DNA of 64,000 nucleotides from Octopus sinensis (lineage: Eukaryota), in the NCBI RefSeq assembly GCF_006345805.1, contig NC_043024.1, positions 4,402,001 through 4,466,000 of the forward strand, written 5' to 3'. Below are positions 62,700 to 64,000 of this stretch, piece after piece. Position numbers and translations under genes: made by a program. Under the pieces are notes generated by a model. That model was not told where the DNA came from, ran no database searches, and saw nothing but the letters and a program-made list of their open reading frames with translations. How positions within the stretch are numbered: the stretch's first letter is position 1; each line of letters begins with the position of its first letter.

Positions 62700-64000
62700 G
62701 CTTCTCTCTCTTCCCGTCCCACTCATGGCCTTATCCTTTCCCTCTCCCGCTTTCTCTCCAATCACATGAAAGTGTTACTGACGACCTAAGTAACGTAACG
62801 ACAAGCAGAATTATTATAAGACCACCTTCCTATACTTTTCCCTCCCACTCACCCCACTACTCTAACTAACATAAATACACCAGTTGAACAAACAAGCTTG
62901 TGATTACATATACACACGTACATTATTTTTGTGGGAGGTTTGGATAATATTTTTTGCAAGGTAATTACAAATCACATAAGGAAACCGGAGAAAAGTTTGA
63001 TATTATTTATTCAGCATTACATATGTTTCATTTCCTAATAGGAATTATAAACTTTTAGATGTGTAGAAAACATGTAACATATATTTCCCATGAGAAATTC
63101 TTGAGACATACAACAGTTTATGTAAGTGTGTGTGTATGTGTCTGTGTATTTGCCCTTGTCCAGATATTATGTGATGTTTGTAACGGGCCATCATGACCGT
63201 CATACTTGTGCAGTTGTTCACTTCCAGTCCTCTGCGTAAAATATGTCTCACCAGGGAAAATATTTCCTTGCTTGGAAATAGGTGAGGATTGGTCACAAGA
63301 AAGGTACCCAGATGTAGAAAATCTCCATCAATGAATTCCATCTGATCTACAGAAGCATGAATAGGAGAATTTTAAATGATGAGGATCATCATCATCGTGG
63401 TTCCTCTTCTGTATCAATGCATTTACATTTCAATAATTGATCCATTTTCGTAGATTGATTTAGCACAAATAGCTTAGGTTACAGTTATATCTTTCATATT
63501 AATAGGACTGTGTACAAACAATTCACCATTTTGAAAGAATGATTCAGGTTTAACATCACAGTGATATGTTTTCCTTCCTCTGTCAATGCTCTTTTGATTC
63601 AATAATGGATGATTTCATGTCAAAGATTTACCATAGATGTCACATTCATATAGTTTCTATATTCTGTGGATGTCTTTATGAGATATGTCCTTTATCCTTC
63701 TGAGGAAATGTTGTACAACAAATATCACTGTGTTATGGACCCACTTCATAAGGAAAGACTTCTGTTTAAATAGGAAATGATTTTGTGTAAATGATATGCC
63801 AAAGATATCACTGTGAATTGATTTTTCTTGAGTGTGAATGCATTTGTGTATAGTTAAGTGACTGTTTCCAGAGAACGTCTTACCATAGATATCACAAGGG
63901 TAAGGTTTCTACCCAGTATGAATACGTTTGTGTTGAGTTAAGCCACTGTTCTGAGAGAATGATTTACCACAGATATTACAAGGTTATCGCTCCGCCCCTG
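62700..64000 (-). pseudogene. 3' end of ZNF gene 8 (post-stop fingers and 3' module); the CDS lies beyond the window
   Basis: Reverse complement closely matches 30600-31860, including GGG TAG AAA CC. Confidence 0.8.

Overview
AT-rich, repeat-dense eukaryotic DNA. It is very probably from an octopus (coleoid cephalopod); this is inferred from the finger-only C2H2 genes with a CDICGKSFS...[12 protein letters not shown] consensus and from the tRNA-derived SINE and MITE families. The window is a tandem cluster of C2H2 zinc-finger (ZNF) genes with no KRAB/SCAN/BTB/ZAD domain. Four CDSs are intact (4651-7041, 15035-15805, 29654-30598, 40403-41350). Three are disrupted (33191, 45681, and 54512 on the minus strand). 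The 3' ends of two further paralogs lie at the window edges, and there are orphan promoter and finger relics. The genes appear to share one layout: upstream module and non-coding exon 1, a roughly 430-nt leader after a strong acceptor, a single-exon finger array, then a 3' region of decayed fingers capped by an antisense RTE-LINE tail. Between the genes lie a full-length Tx1/L1-clade LINE (55448-60709, 17-bp TSD) inserted into a ZNF upstream module, two Helitron helicase remnants and a short non-autonomous Helitron, RTE and CR1 LINE fragments, three mariner relics, a 1.9-kb foldback element, hAT- and piggyBac-type MITEs, palindromic MITEs, and SINEs. There is one 100-N gap (11272-11371). Coordinates of degenerate repeats were read by eye and are approximate.
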